A stretch of 46,548 bases of DNA from Chiloscyllium plagiosum (taxonomy: Eukaryota), in contig NC_057719.1 in NCBI RefSeq assembly GCF_004010195.1, positions 47,516,331 through 47,562,878 of the forward strand. Reading direction: 5' to 3'. Under the pieces are notes generated by a model. That model worked only from the letters and a program-made list of their open reading frames with translations. It was not told the origin of the DNA and searched no databases. The position numbers were made by a program, and so were the translations under genes. Shown here in pieces: positions 25,130-36,670 of the stretch. Numbering within the stretch: the first letter of the stretch is position 1; the number at the start of each line of letters is the position of its first letter.

Positions 25130-25880
25130 TAGTTAAAATGGGAACTGAGATAATAGTCATGGATTGAGCATTGGGAAATGGTCAGAAACCGAATAAGAAT
25201 AAACAGATCATTTGAGGTAATTGATGGGACACCTAAGGACCAGACTTGGGCCTCAGCTATTTTGCAGTCTTTGTCAATTATCTGATTGAGGGGGCCATCT
25301 TGACAATCTGAAGTTTTTGGGCTGTGATCAGATGCTGAGAAAAGATATTTAAATGTTTATTAAATGTCCAACAACATAATTATGGAATACAAGGTGGGGA
25401 GGTGCAAAGTTATCCACTTGGGTAGGAAATGTTTTTAAATAGATTGATACCTGGACTGAGACATTTGACTTGTGAGAAGAAGTTAAATAAATTAGTCCTG
25501 TATCCTTAATTTAGAAGCATGAGATGATATCATTGAAACTTTTAAAATTAAGGGCTTTGATGGGCGAAGGGCAAAAGGCATAGGTTTAGAATTAGTGCAG
25601 TCACTGAGTCATTAAGGAGCAGGCCATTAAACGGAGATGAGAAATTTCTTCATTCAAAGGGTTCGGCATCTTTAGAATTCTCCACCCAGAGACCTGTAAA
25701 TAGTCATTGAGTATATTCTAGGAAGAAGTTAACATTGTTTTTGGATACTAAAGAAATTAAACAATATAGGGATAGTCTGGGCAGGTAGAGTTGAGATAGG
25801 TAATCAGTCATGATATTGAACAGTGGAGCATGCTTGAAGGGCTGAAAGGCTTATTTATACTCCTATTTGTCGTATTCTTA
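25130..25880 (+). mobile_element. Degenerate CR1 fragment
   Basis: Residual CKVIHLGRK, IETFKI and RNFFIQRV motifs plus a CR1-like 3' UTR. Confidence 0.6.
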
Positions 25881-26536
25881 TGGAGTTCTAATCATATTAT
25901 CTGAAATTTTTATGTTAAAAGATGGATGTTCTACTGGGTAGTATTCCAAATTTGATAATCTGTTTAGTTATAAATGGGAATAATGAAATGATCAATATAT
26001 AAAAAATCTGCTATCCTGCTTTTTACATCTCTCCTAAAATTTGTAATTTTACGATTCAAAATCATCTTGGATTCTATGAATGGAGTTCCAAATAGTTCCC
26101 TTACAGCAATTCAACATCTATGTCATGAAGTATGCCATGAAATTTACGCATAATATTGTTTATCATCAGAGACAGCCTTTTGTGAAAGGCTGTTTAACTA
26201 AATATTTTTCTTCCAAGCAGAGTTTGGAATGTATGATACAAAAGTACACCAAACTGCTAAATTTAGAAAGTATTTGACATAGCAGATGTGTTGAGTCAGC
26301 CCAACCATTATTGGTTCTGCATTTATGCAGCTGCTCCGGACAATCTTCCGATGATTCAGAGGTAATTTAGCCAGTCACATGGGCTGCCAAATTCATTTTG
26401 AATACCTAGTGTTAAAATATTAGTACTGACTAAGAATTACGACTTCTTACTTTTTGATTAATAAATATGCTAAATACGTTTGATACATAATAAAGGTAAT
26501 TTATCTCTAATAAGCCTGCTATCATTTCAACTACAG

Positions 26537-26646
26537 ATGTTCCAGCATGGCTTAAAAGTTTGCGTCTACATAAGTATGCAGCTCTATTCTCTCAACTAAC
26601 ATATGAAGAAATGATGGCGCTTACAGAAGTACAGTTAGAAGCGCAG
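26537..26646 (+). CDS. SAMD4A: SAMD4A coding exon, N-terminal part of the SAM RNA-binding domain; 110 nt
   Basis: tacAG acceptor and GTatgt donor. G+AT completes Asp, giving [37 protein letters not shown] with the Smaug/Vts1 SAM signature [10 protein letters not shown]. Too short for the ORF track. Confidence 0.97.
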
Positions 26647-26944
26647 GTATGTTGATCATACTGACTTTGTTGCAAAAATATTAATTTTATTGTCTTCTAA
26701 CAATTGAGCTTTAGCAATATGATCTGTTAAATTTGTTATTTGAAATTTTGGGGAAGTTTCGTATTTCTTCACCTTTCTTTATTTACGTGTGTGTCTGAAT
26801 GATCTCTGATCCCTTTTCTGTTTGGAGACCCTTATAATAGTTATTTACCCATTTGTTTGATTTAGTTGTTGTCTCTGTCTCTGTCTCATACATTTCTATA
26901 TGTATTCTGGTAACTTACTATAGATCTGTTTGCCTTTTCCGGAA

Positions 26945-27330
26945 ATAAATTGTGTTTCTATATAGTGCCCTTAATGACCTCTGGATATTCCATAGTGCTT
27001 CACAGCCAATGAAATACATTTTAAACTGTAACCACTGTTCGAAAGTGGGGAATTTGCAGACAACCAAAATACCCAAACAGCAACAAGAAAAAATGACCAT
27101 GGTGGTTTTGCATGGTTGAGTGAATAATATTGACCAGGACACCTGAAAGCTCCCTTGATGTGTCAGTATTTCTAGGAAATTCCTTAAATTGCTGAGACCA
27201 GACTTAGTTTTCTCCCTCTTTCTACCCCCCCCCCCCCCCCCCCAATGCTGTCTTCAGTACGAATTTTTCTGCTAATTTGAGGTCTGGTCTCTAAAGTGGG
27301 GCATAACCTTCTGGCAGAGAATGCTCATAA
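26945..27330 (-). mobile_element. Old SINE relic, probably DeuSINE/SacSINE1-like
   Basis: Reverse complement contains ggtgtcctggtcaatattattcactcaacc...aatgtatttcattggctgtgaagcactatggaa...gcactatatagaa. A similar relic appears to flank the 16664-17607 CR1. Confidence 0.5.
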
Positions 27331-27525
27331 CACCATTTTTGAAAAAAAAACTTCATTCAACAATGTGCATTGTACTGGGTGGGCAGCAAATTGCCCTTGA
27401 TAACCTTCTTTTGTGTTGAACTGTCATCTTAACCACCTGAGTCCATTTTGATGGAGATATTTCCACTAGACTGTTAGGGAGTTCCAAGACTTTCATTTAG
27501 TCATGTGAAAGGGGTAGTGATATAT

Positions 27526-27656
27526 AGGCAAAAGTGAGGACTGCAGATGCTGGAAACCAGATTCTAGATTAAACTGGTGCTGGAAAAGCACAGCAGGACA
27601 GGCAGCATCCGAGGAGCAGGAAAATCGATGTTTCGGGCAAAAGCCCTTCATCGGGA
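27526..27656 (-). mobile_element. PLE pLTR insertion with a mutated hammerhead, inside an antisense LINE relic
   Basis: Minus strand reads ttc-CCGATGA-A-GGGC-TTTT-GCCC-GAAA-CATC. TSD agtgatat at 27516-27523 and 27657-27664. Confidence 0.85.
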
Positions 27657-28919
27657 AGTGATATGTCCTACATAAAAGTGGAATGTCACTTGGGATATCT
27701 GTGCAGGTAATGGTGCATGTATATGTCTGCTGCCCTTGTCTTGGTAAATTTCTACAGTGCATCTTGTAGCTGGGGATTATTATTATTAATAATAATAATA
27801 ATATCATCCTCCAGTCAAGGGGCTACATTGTCCTGGATGGTGTCAAGCTGCTTCAATGTTGTTGGAGCTGCATCTATACAGACAAGTAGGGAGTAATCCA
27901 TCACACTCCTGACCTGTGCTTTGTTGAAGTGTTGATAACACAAAGTTACCTGACTACCCACAATCTATTTTCATTTAGCCTTAACTCTGTGGAAGTTTAG
28001 TGTTATTGAATAGAGGTTCAGGTACATTGTTCTTTGAAAGTTGCGTCATAAGTAGACAGCGTGGTTAAGAAGGCTTTTGGCATGCTTGCCTTCATTGCTC
28101 AGACTATAGAGTATAGAAGTTAGGATGTTATGTTTAGGCTGTACAGGATGTTGGTGAGGTCACTTTTGGAGTATTGTGTACAACTGTATCAACATGTTGA
28201 CTTTCTGACTCCGTACAGGGCCACCCTGATCCCTCTGTACCTCCGAATTCTGTAGCCTCTTGATTTGAATAATATTCTATTTTGTGTATTCTTCATTACA
28301 AAATGGGGAGCTTAAAATTTCCCATGCTCTCTTCCATCTGAAGAACTATTGCTGATTTGTTTAATTATCCTTGGTATCTTTGCAGAATATTTGACTTGGA
28401 TCTTTCAGTTAGCGACAAAGCAAAGATGTATGTCACTGACTTTGTTTAAAAAGTATATTCTCACCTTTTCATAGACTATATCAGGAACTTGCTGTCCTGG
28501 TAGCAACATGGAGCAATTGTGAGTTTGGTGGGTGGGGGGAGATGTGGTTGCCTCATTCAGTTCTAGCTGAAGCCAATATACTCAAGCTCAATAACTGGTT
28601 TTATTTTTAATGATTTCAAACATTTTCTTGTAATGTGCATCTATTTCTAACTTAATTGTGCCCCCCCCCCCCCGCCTTGTTCCTCAAGCTCTGCTCATAG
28701 TCATACCACCCGCCATGCTTTGTACACCACTTCTTGCCCAGTCAATCCCTGACTCTGTTGTATTATTGGTGCTAATTTCAATCATTAAGTTGATGAGAAA
28801 ATGATCAGAGACCAGTGTCATGAACAAAGTAAAAATGGGGTGTGAATTTATGATTATCTTTTCTCTCAATTAAAAGACTGCAAAGTATTGTTTAATGTAG
28901 TCTTTTCTGAAGTGTTTAT

Positions 28920-30021
28920 TTCAGGTCACACAAAAGAGATTGGATGACAGGGTAATTTTTTTCTGACCGTATTGTTGATGTTTTCAGGGATGTTTTTAGG
29001 AATTGTTGCAGGAGAAAAGATTCAAAATGCTATTTCTACCTCCAAGCATATCCTGTCATTCAACCCATGGACCAGGGTGCAAAAGCAACTTTTAAAACTT
29101 ATTGTTTAAGGACAGCATTCAGGGAGCTGATTGTAGCTACTAAAAGGGATAATGAGGACAGTGTTCTTCAATTTTGGAAGAACTTTAATATTAAGAATGA
29201 TATTGGCATCACTATGGAGGCGTGGGGTGATGTCAGTGAGGTCTGCCTGCATGCAGTTTGGCGGAAGATTCTCCCACATTTTATCTTCAAGATTTTAAAG
29301 GTGTTGAACTATCCGAGGAGCTTCCAGCAATCAAAGAATATTGTGTCAGTCTTGCAAAGCAAGTTGGATTTGAAGAAGTGGTGACTGATCTACAACAAAT
29401 TGTTGCTGTGGGGGGAATTGAAGCTCAAGATGAAGACTATCAAGTCCAGGATCAGCACCACGAGAACTTCCCATTTCTATCCTGAGAAGTTGAGAAGCAG
29501 TGCAACTCTTAGAAGATAATGACTACAATGCAGAACACAGCAGGATAGCAGTTTGTGGCATAAAGTCTGATATGGCAGTCTATGAACAGCTGCTTCATGA
29601 AGGAAGAAAGATGGCAAAGCAGCAAAAACTAGATGCTTTTTTTTTAAGCCAACCCCTAATAAGCAGCCATCCACTTCTGGGCTAAATATTTTTGTCATAA
29701 TGCTGCACCCAGAATGGCACCTGAGAGTAATGATGCTGATAACACTCAGCCCCCGTCTTAATACAGTACTAAAACTCAGCAAACTCAAACTGATTTAAAG
29801 TGTCACGTTTATTGTATTATTTCACTAAAATATGACTTTAAAATTTATTGACAGTGCTAATGTTTGTTAGGCTAACTACTTTTATTTCAATTTTTACTGA
29901 TGTTTTTGCTCGGTTGCCTCAACTGTGTTTTTCCCATAGACCCGGTTATTTCTATTGCGTGATATTCTATAACACGAGTTTGCACGAGAACGCAACTACT
30001 GTGTTATAGCAGAACAGACTA
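28920..30021 (+). mobile_element. Tigger/pogo-like DNA transposon relic (DDE transposase C-terminal part and right end)
   Basis: IQPMDQGAKATFKTYCLR...FWKNFNI..EAWGDVS..AVWRKILP matches the pogo/Tigger QPMDQG motif. TIR-like end gttatagcagaacagacta at about 30003-30021. Confidence 0.8.
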
Positions 30022-31344
30022 TTGTTGCTGTAGGTCTGGTCTCCCCAGTGCCTTGTACATTTGTAGCAAAATTTCCCTATTTTTGTACTTCATCCTGCTT
30101 GCAATAAAGGTCAATGTTCCATTTGCCTTCTGAATTACTTATGCTAACTGCCTGTGAGCTTTTTGTGTTTCATGTTCAAGGACTTCCAGATTCAATTTAT
30201 GAACTTAGTTGAGAATAGTAACCATTTTTAAATAAAAGAAGAAATGTGAAATCAGAGCTCTTTTGCAGGAAGTGTGTAGAAGCCACAAGACTAGAACATC
30301 AAACAAAGCAAAATGCAATATCTTGGGTAACTGCCTATAAATGAAATTTGAATAAAGAGACAAACTATGCTTGATTATGAACTATGGATTCTGCATTCAA
30401 TGCTAGATATCACAAAGATCTTAAGAATTAGATCGGCAGTCAACTCAGCATGTATGTCATCAATTTTGGATACCATACCCTTTAATACAAGTCATTATGA
30501 AGAATTTTCAATTCTTCACCGAGTGTTTAGCCTGATATCCAGCTGACAGCAGTACGTAGCCAACCTGAATTTCATTGCCTTCCCCAAAAATGCGATATAT
30601 CTGCACAACATCTTCAACTTTGATGTTCTGAATAATGAGATCCACCTTCATGTAACAGAAACACAGCAGAAACTGTATATTTGCTTATTTGTAGCATCTA
30701 GATCTAGCCCCTGTCGTCTATAGCTAGCCGGCACTGCATCATCTGAATTCTAAAAGCTTTTAATGTCCTTATACATAACTTCAATCTCCCAGAAGTTTTC
30801 AATTTCAGTTTTAGTTCTCTTAGAAATTGAAAGGTCAGTTTCACTTCCAGTTAGAGGGGGGGGGTCTCAAAATAATACAAGCTTCCGAAACTTGGAATCC
30901 AATCACACTCCTGCTTTAGGGAAAAAGAAGATTTTAGTAAACATTTCTTCACAACAGTTTTGAAATACAGCAAGTTATCATTCTGAATATTTTTCAAAAT
31001 AGCTTCACATGTAATAGTGAAAGTTGAGTATTACACATTTTATAATTTATCAAATAAGAGCTTAACCAGAGCAGAATCATGTAAATATAACAATGGATTA
31101 GCATGTTTCAGACATCACAGAATTAACATAACTCAGGCTACTTTCTGTCCTACACATTTTTTTAAAACTTTGGCAGCTTGTCGGCATCATTGTCCACTGG
31201 CAACATGGTCACTCTTCTTAAGGGCTGAGTGCTGGCAAATGGGACTAGATTAGGTTGGGAAACCTGGTCGGCATGGACAAGTTGGACTGAAGGGTCTGTT
31301 TCCATGCTGTTCATCTGTCAACTGACCATAATAAGTCATAGTCA

Positions 31345-32644
31345 AAGTTGGAAATCTCACAACACTAGGTTATAGTCCAACAGGTTTATTGGGAAGCACT
31401 AGCTTTCGGAGCACTGCTCCTTTTATCAGGTAGTTGTGAAGTATAAGATCATAAGACACATCTTACAGCAAAAGATTACAGTGTCATAGTGATATATTGA
31501 ACAAACCTGGATTGTTAAGTATTTCTTCTTTTAGAAGGCAGGTTTTGGTTCATTAATATGTAAATCCCGAAACTACTTTAAGTCATTTTCTTGAGATAAT
31601 TTAAGGCTTTATAACAAAAGGTGATATCTCAGCTCAAACAATGCATTAAAGATGTGAGGCGTGACACCGGAGTGTCTATATCCCAGTCTTGAGTCAGACC
31701 AGTTCTATTTTAAAAGTTGAATTTAGAAAATATGACATGGATTGACTACCTGCAGATTGTGCATTTTTTGAGCAAAATAGAATGTATCTACAAATACAAA
31801 TTCATCCCATAGACTTTGTGTGTGAGAGAAAGCTTGGTAAATTGTGTGTGTGGGGGGGGGGTATGATGGATATAAGCCTGTGTGTATGTATGAGAGAGGG
31901 TCTGTGTTAGTGTGAGTATGTCAGTGTATGTGAGTGCGTATAGTGTAGTTGGGTTACCTGTCTTGCGACATGAACCCAAGATCTCTGTTGAGGCCATCCT
32001 CGTGTGTACGCCCACCCCCATACTTTCACCCACCCACCTCTCTCAGGCTTTTACTCCATTACACCGACCCCCACACTTCAGCTTTCACACATGCAAACGT
32101 GCACCCACTCACATGCACATGCTTGCACTCTGTCTCTCATGCACTCACACGCACAAGTTTATGGGGGAATTTATAATTGCAGAATTATATTTGCAGATAC
32201 ATTCTATTTTGCTCGAAAAATGCACAATCTGCAGGCAGTCAATCCATGTAATATTTTGTAAATTCCACTTTGGAAATAGAACCAGTCTGACTCAAGATTG
32301 GAATACAGACAGATCTAACCTCACATCTTTAATGTATTTGCTGAGCTGAGATGTCACTTTTTGTTATAAACCTTAATTTATCTCGAAAGTGACTTAAAAG
32401 AAGTTCTGGGATTTACAATGTTAATGAATCATCATCTTTTAGAATGCAGGTTTTGGAAGACTTAACAATCCAGATTTGATCAATCTATCATTATGACACT
32501 GTAATCTTTTGCTATAAATTGTCTTATGACTTTATACTCCACAACTACCTGACCAAGGAGCAGTGCTTTGAATATCATGTTGGACTATTACCTGATGTGT
32601 GGTTTCTAACTTTGTCCATCCCAATCCATCCCAGCTCCTCCACA
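31345..32644. mobile_element. Large fold-back PLE (Neptune-like) with diverged inverted arms of roughly 0.5-0.6 kb
   Basis: About 31345-31935 is the reverse complement of about 32050-32610. The central minus strand encodes HEDGLNRDLGFMS, a PLE GIY-YIG ORF end. Minus-strand hammerhead at 31396-31434. TSD tcatagtca at 31336-31344 and 32645-32653. Confidence 0.85.
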
Positions 32645-34121
32645 TCATAGTCAGTTGAGGAATGATTGGCTCCCCTCTTTGCCTCTTGGTTGGTAACCAC
32701 AGTGTTTTAAAAAGAATTTGCTTCCTAGCTCAATGAGTATTTATGACTGACAAAGGGGTACACAGATCAGTTTTAATACAAGCCTTTAAAGGAAAAAGGA
32801 ATAACTGGTATTAAGTTCAATCCTGCAATGTGGAGATAAGATTTTAAAAAAAACTTTTGAACTCTCGCTCTCCTGTATTCAAGAGTTCTGCATGAGGAAG
32901 TTGCAAAGAGAGAGATGGTTGATTAAATTTAGATCCAAAAGAAGGCCAATTTTACATTGACTTTGTGACTGACGACTTGGACAATTTCAGACCAGAGTTT
33001 TGGATTTTGCATACTTGGCCAGCCAGAATATATGCAGGTACATCATTTCAGAATAGCTAGAGTGATGGACTAAGTCTTCATTATCCACTTGATGTCTTTC
33101 TAGTCCGAGTGACCTGCAAAAAGTAGTTCTTTTCAATGCAATGGTTTATCCTTCTCTTCACATGATCTTCATTTGCAAACTAGCCAGTCATCAAATACAA
33201 TTAGAGGAAACTCTTATTGGCCTAATTGTTTGAACTGATAAGGTTACATGGCCATGGAGTTGCCTTCACAGTCTATTGTCCAAAATGATTGAAATTAGCC
33301 CTGCCTGCACCCAGCTGAATAAAATAATATATCTGTGAATGATTCAGTTGATGGGTCATTTATTCTCATTTAAGTTCATTTCTTTTTCAGCTGGGTAACT
33401 TCCAGACAGCCTGGCTTCTTTTTGATGGACTAGTATTTTTCAGAGTGAGAGCTGTGGCATAGGTCATTTTAAACACTGGTCAGCTTTTTCAAAATTATTC
33501 TACGGTATCAACCCCCACTTTAAAAAACAAGGAATTTTTTATTTAACATACGTTTGTAACACTTACCCTCCCGGAAGGAAATGCTGCAAGCAGTTGAGGT
33601 GTCATCTTCGGGTGTAATGAGGTGGGCATTAGCAAAATAGTTGGGGAAATAGTGAGAGATTGGCAGTAATTAGATTCTCAACATTAAAAACAAGTCTTCC
33701 GAATTGCCAACTTTGGCTTTTGAAGGCTTTTTGCATATATTAATTTAGCGGGGGGGGGAAGTGATGCCTATTACCACTAGACTATTAATCCAGAAAAAGT
33801 TTTGGGGATGGGTTAGAATCCCACTAAGGCAGATGGTGGAATTTGAACTCAATAAAAATTTTGAATGAGGTCTAATGATGACTGTGAAACAATTGTCAGA
33901 AAAACCCATCTGATTTGTGAATGTCACTAATCTCACCTCTAACTGTAAGTATTTGCCAAAATGTACTTGCATGCATGGCTGCTTTGAGACATGTGGAGGT
34001 GAGAGGACAAGCGAGCCTTACAGCCTCCTAATGTTTGTGACATGGCTCGTGCTGCATTAATTGGAATCCCTACGTCAAAGATTCACTTTGAGGCTTTTTT
34101 TAGAATCCTTCATCATTGTAC

Positions 34122-35323
34122 CTGGAGGATAGCAAATGTGGTTCCCTTGTTCAAGAAGGGGAGTAGGGATAACCCTAGTAACTATAGGCCGGTGAGTCTC
34201 ACTTCTGTTGTGGGCAAAGTCTTAGAGAGAATTGTAAGGGATAGGATTTATGCACATCTGGATAGGAATAATGTGATCAAGGATAGTCAGCATGGTTTTG
34301 TGAAGGGCAGGTCGTGCCTCACAAACCTTATTGAATTCTTTGAAAAGGTGACGAAGGAGGTTGATGAGGGGAAAGCGGTAGATGTGGTATATATGGATTT
34401 TAGTAAGGCGTTTGATAAGGTTCCCCATGGTAGGCTACTGCAGAAAATACGGAGATATGGCATTGAGGGTGAGTTGGAGGTTTGGATTAGAAATGGGCTG
34501 GATGGAAGAAGACAGAGGGTAGTAGTTGATGGCAAAGTTTCTTCATGGAGTGCCGTCACTAGCGGTGTTCCACAAGGATCTCTTTTGGGACCATTGCTGT
34601 TTGTCATTTTTATAAATGACCTGGAAGAGGGGTTAGAAGGTTGGGTAAGCAAGTTTGCGGATGATACGAAAGTCGAAGGAGTTGTTGACAGTGAGGAAGG
34701 ATGTGGCAGGTTACAGCAGGATATAGAGAAGCTGCAGAGCTGGGCAGAAAGGTGGCAAATGGAATACAATGTAGCTAAGTGTGAGGTGACTCACTTTGGG
34801 AAGAATAACAAAAAGAGACTCTGGTGCGGCCGGATCTGGAGTATTGTGTGCAGTTTTGGTCGCCATACTATAGGAAGGATGTGGTGGCACTGGAACGGGT
34901 GCAGAGGAGGTTTACTAGGATGTTGCCTGGTATGGTAGAAAGATCGTATGTGGAAAGGCTGAGGCACTTGGGGTTGTTTTCATTGGAGAAAAGATGGTTT
35001 AGGGGTGACTTGATAGAGGTGTACAAGATGATTAGGGGTTTAGATAGGGTCGACAGTGAGAATCTTTTTCCAAGGGGGCATAGCTTTAAATTAAGGGGTG
35101 GTAGGTAAAGGACAGTTGTTAGGGGTAGGTTCTTTACTCAGCGAGTCGTGAGTTCATGGAATGCCCTGCCAGTAGCAGTGGTGGACTCTCCCTCTTTATG
35201 GGCATTTAAGCAGGCATTGGATAGGCATATGGAGGATAGTGGGCTAGTGTAGGTTAGGTGGGCTTGGATCGGCGCAACATCGAGGGCCAAAGGACCTGTA
35301 CTGCGCTGTATTGTTCTATGTTC
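34122..35323 (+). mobile_element. Young CR1 copy (RT to 3' tail) with internal deletions, near-identical to 5208-8063
   Basis: [13 protein letters not shown]...SKFADDTKV; nucleotide sequence almost the same as 6419-6930 and 7736-8060; ttctatgttc tail. Confidence 0.95.
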
Positions 35324-35590
35324 ATCCCGATATGTCCACACCACCCAAACCCATGCCCGATTACTCTACTTTTACCCCTAACCTACACATCACTGAACAC
35401 TATGGGCAATTTAGCATGGTCTATTCACCTGAACTGCACATTTTTGGACTGTGGGAGGAAACTGGAGCACCGCGAGGAAACCCATGCAGACACGGGGAGA
35501 ATTTGTAAACTCCACACACAGTCGCCCAAGGCCGGAATTGAACCGGGACCCTGAGGTAGCAGTGCTAACCACTGAACCACCGTGCCGCCC
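35324..35590 (-). mobile_element. HE1-type V-SINE
   Basis: Reverse complement starts gggcggcacggtggttcagtggttagcactgctacctcag...cggttcaattccggcc. Confidence 0.9.
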
Positions 35591-35949
35591 CTCCCACTAC
35601 CTCTTGCATTTTATGATGGTCCTTGTCAGAGCTCTGCACGCCCCACTGTACTATGTTAAGCAGTCATGTGAGTCCTTCTCATGCTGATTGTTGCTATTAC
35701 TAAGGATCTGTTCTATTCCCCTCTGGTTCATTGAAAGGATCCAGCCACAGCAGAGAGCATCATTTTTGCTGCCATGCCAGAGGTATTAAAAAAAAATGAA
35801 GAACAACAAACATGTCAGCAAGTCCAAAACCAGTAGTAATGTCTAGTGGGTGCCTATTGGCTTCCACATGTGGAGGTTACAGCTGAACGTACCTTCAGGA
35901 TGTGCAGGAAATGAAGAGACCGGGAATCTGTCACCCTTGATACCATTTC

Positions 35950-36670
35950 CTCCAGATGAGTGATAAACAGTGTCACTGCAGACTGTGGATGTCCCAGGGC
36001 ACTGTTACAGATTAAGCCAGCTGCTGGAGTGGGACCTGAGAGAAGAAGCACTGAGTGGCCCCCTTATTCTGGTGGCTTTTAAGGTGGCAGCTGTGCTAAA
36101 CCTTTTATGTAATGGGCTGCATGCAAGGAGCCATTGGAGATCTGTTTGGGATTTCCCAACCTTAGACCAACAAATGTATTCAGGCTTGTTACTCTACCAA
36201 TTTGTGCCACATCCTGCTGCTTCATCTTGTTTGCCTATGACATGTCAGTGCTGCAACCTTTATTAATAGTTTTGTTAATATTGCTGGCATGCCCCAGTTG
36301 CAGACTGCCAATGTACAAGTGATCTGTGATCATAGGTACCGTAGCTTTGAAGTCTGTGCCAGATGTCCGTGTGCTTGAGGAATGTCACATTCCTGCATCA
36401 TTTAAAGGGCTTAGATGCCTTAAAAAGATGGTTACTAGGAGGCCAAGGCTATCCTCTGTGACATTGGCTGATATCTCCATTGTGCAATGCTTGACTGAGG
36501 CCCTGCATTGATACCCTGCTGCCAGTTCTCTCATCGGGGCCATCTTCAGATGTGGTTTGGTCCACAATGATGATCTGATGCTTGATCGTCAAAACAGAGG
36601 GGACCTTGCAATACAGTCCATGCAGAGTGTGTTGCACAGTCCTAGCATGCTGTACTTTGCACAACTGGAG
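35950..36670 (+). pseudogene. PIF/Harbinger (HARBI1-like) transposase relic
   Basis: Broken frames read QMSDKQC..RL..SQLLEWDL..VAFKVAAVLNL..QGAIGDLFGISQP, VICDH, WLLGGQGYPL*HWLISP and GTLQYSPCRVCCTVLACCTLHN, collinear with HARBI1-type DDE nucleases. Confidence 0.8.

Noticed and set aside
27225..27243. Poly-C tract (others near 4153 and 28660, poly-G near 33750)
   Set aside because: Simple homopolymers with no evidence of function.
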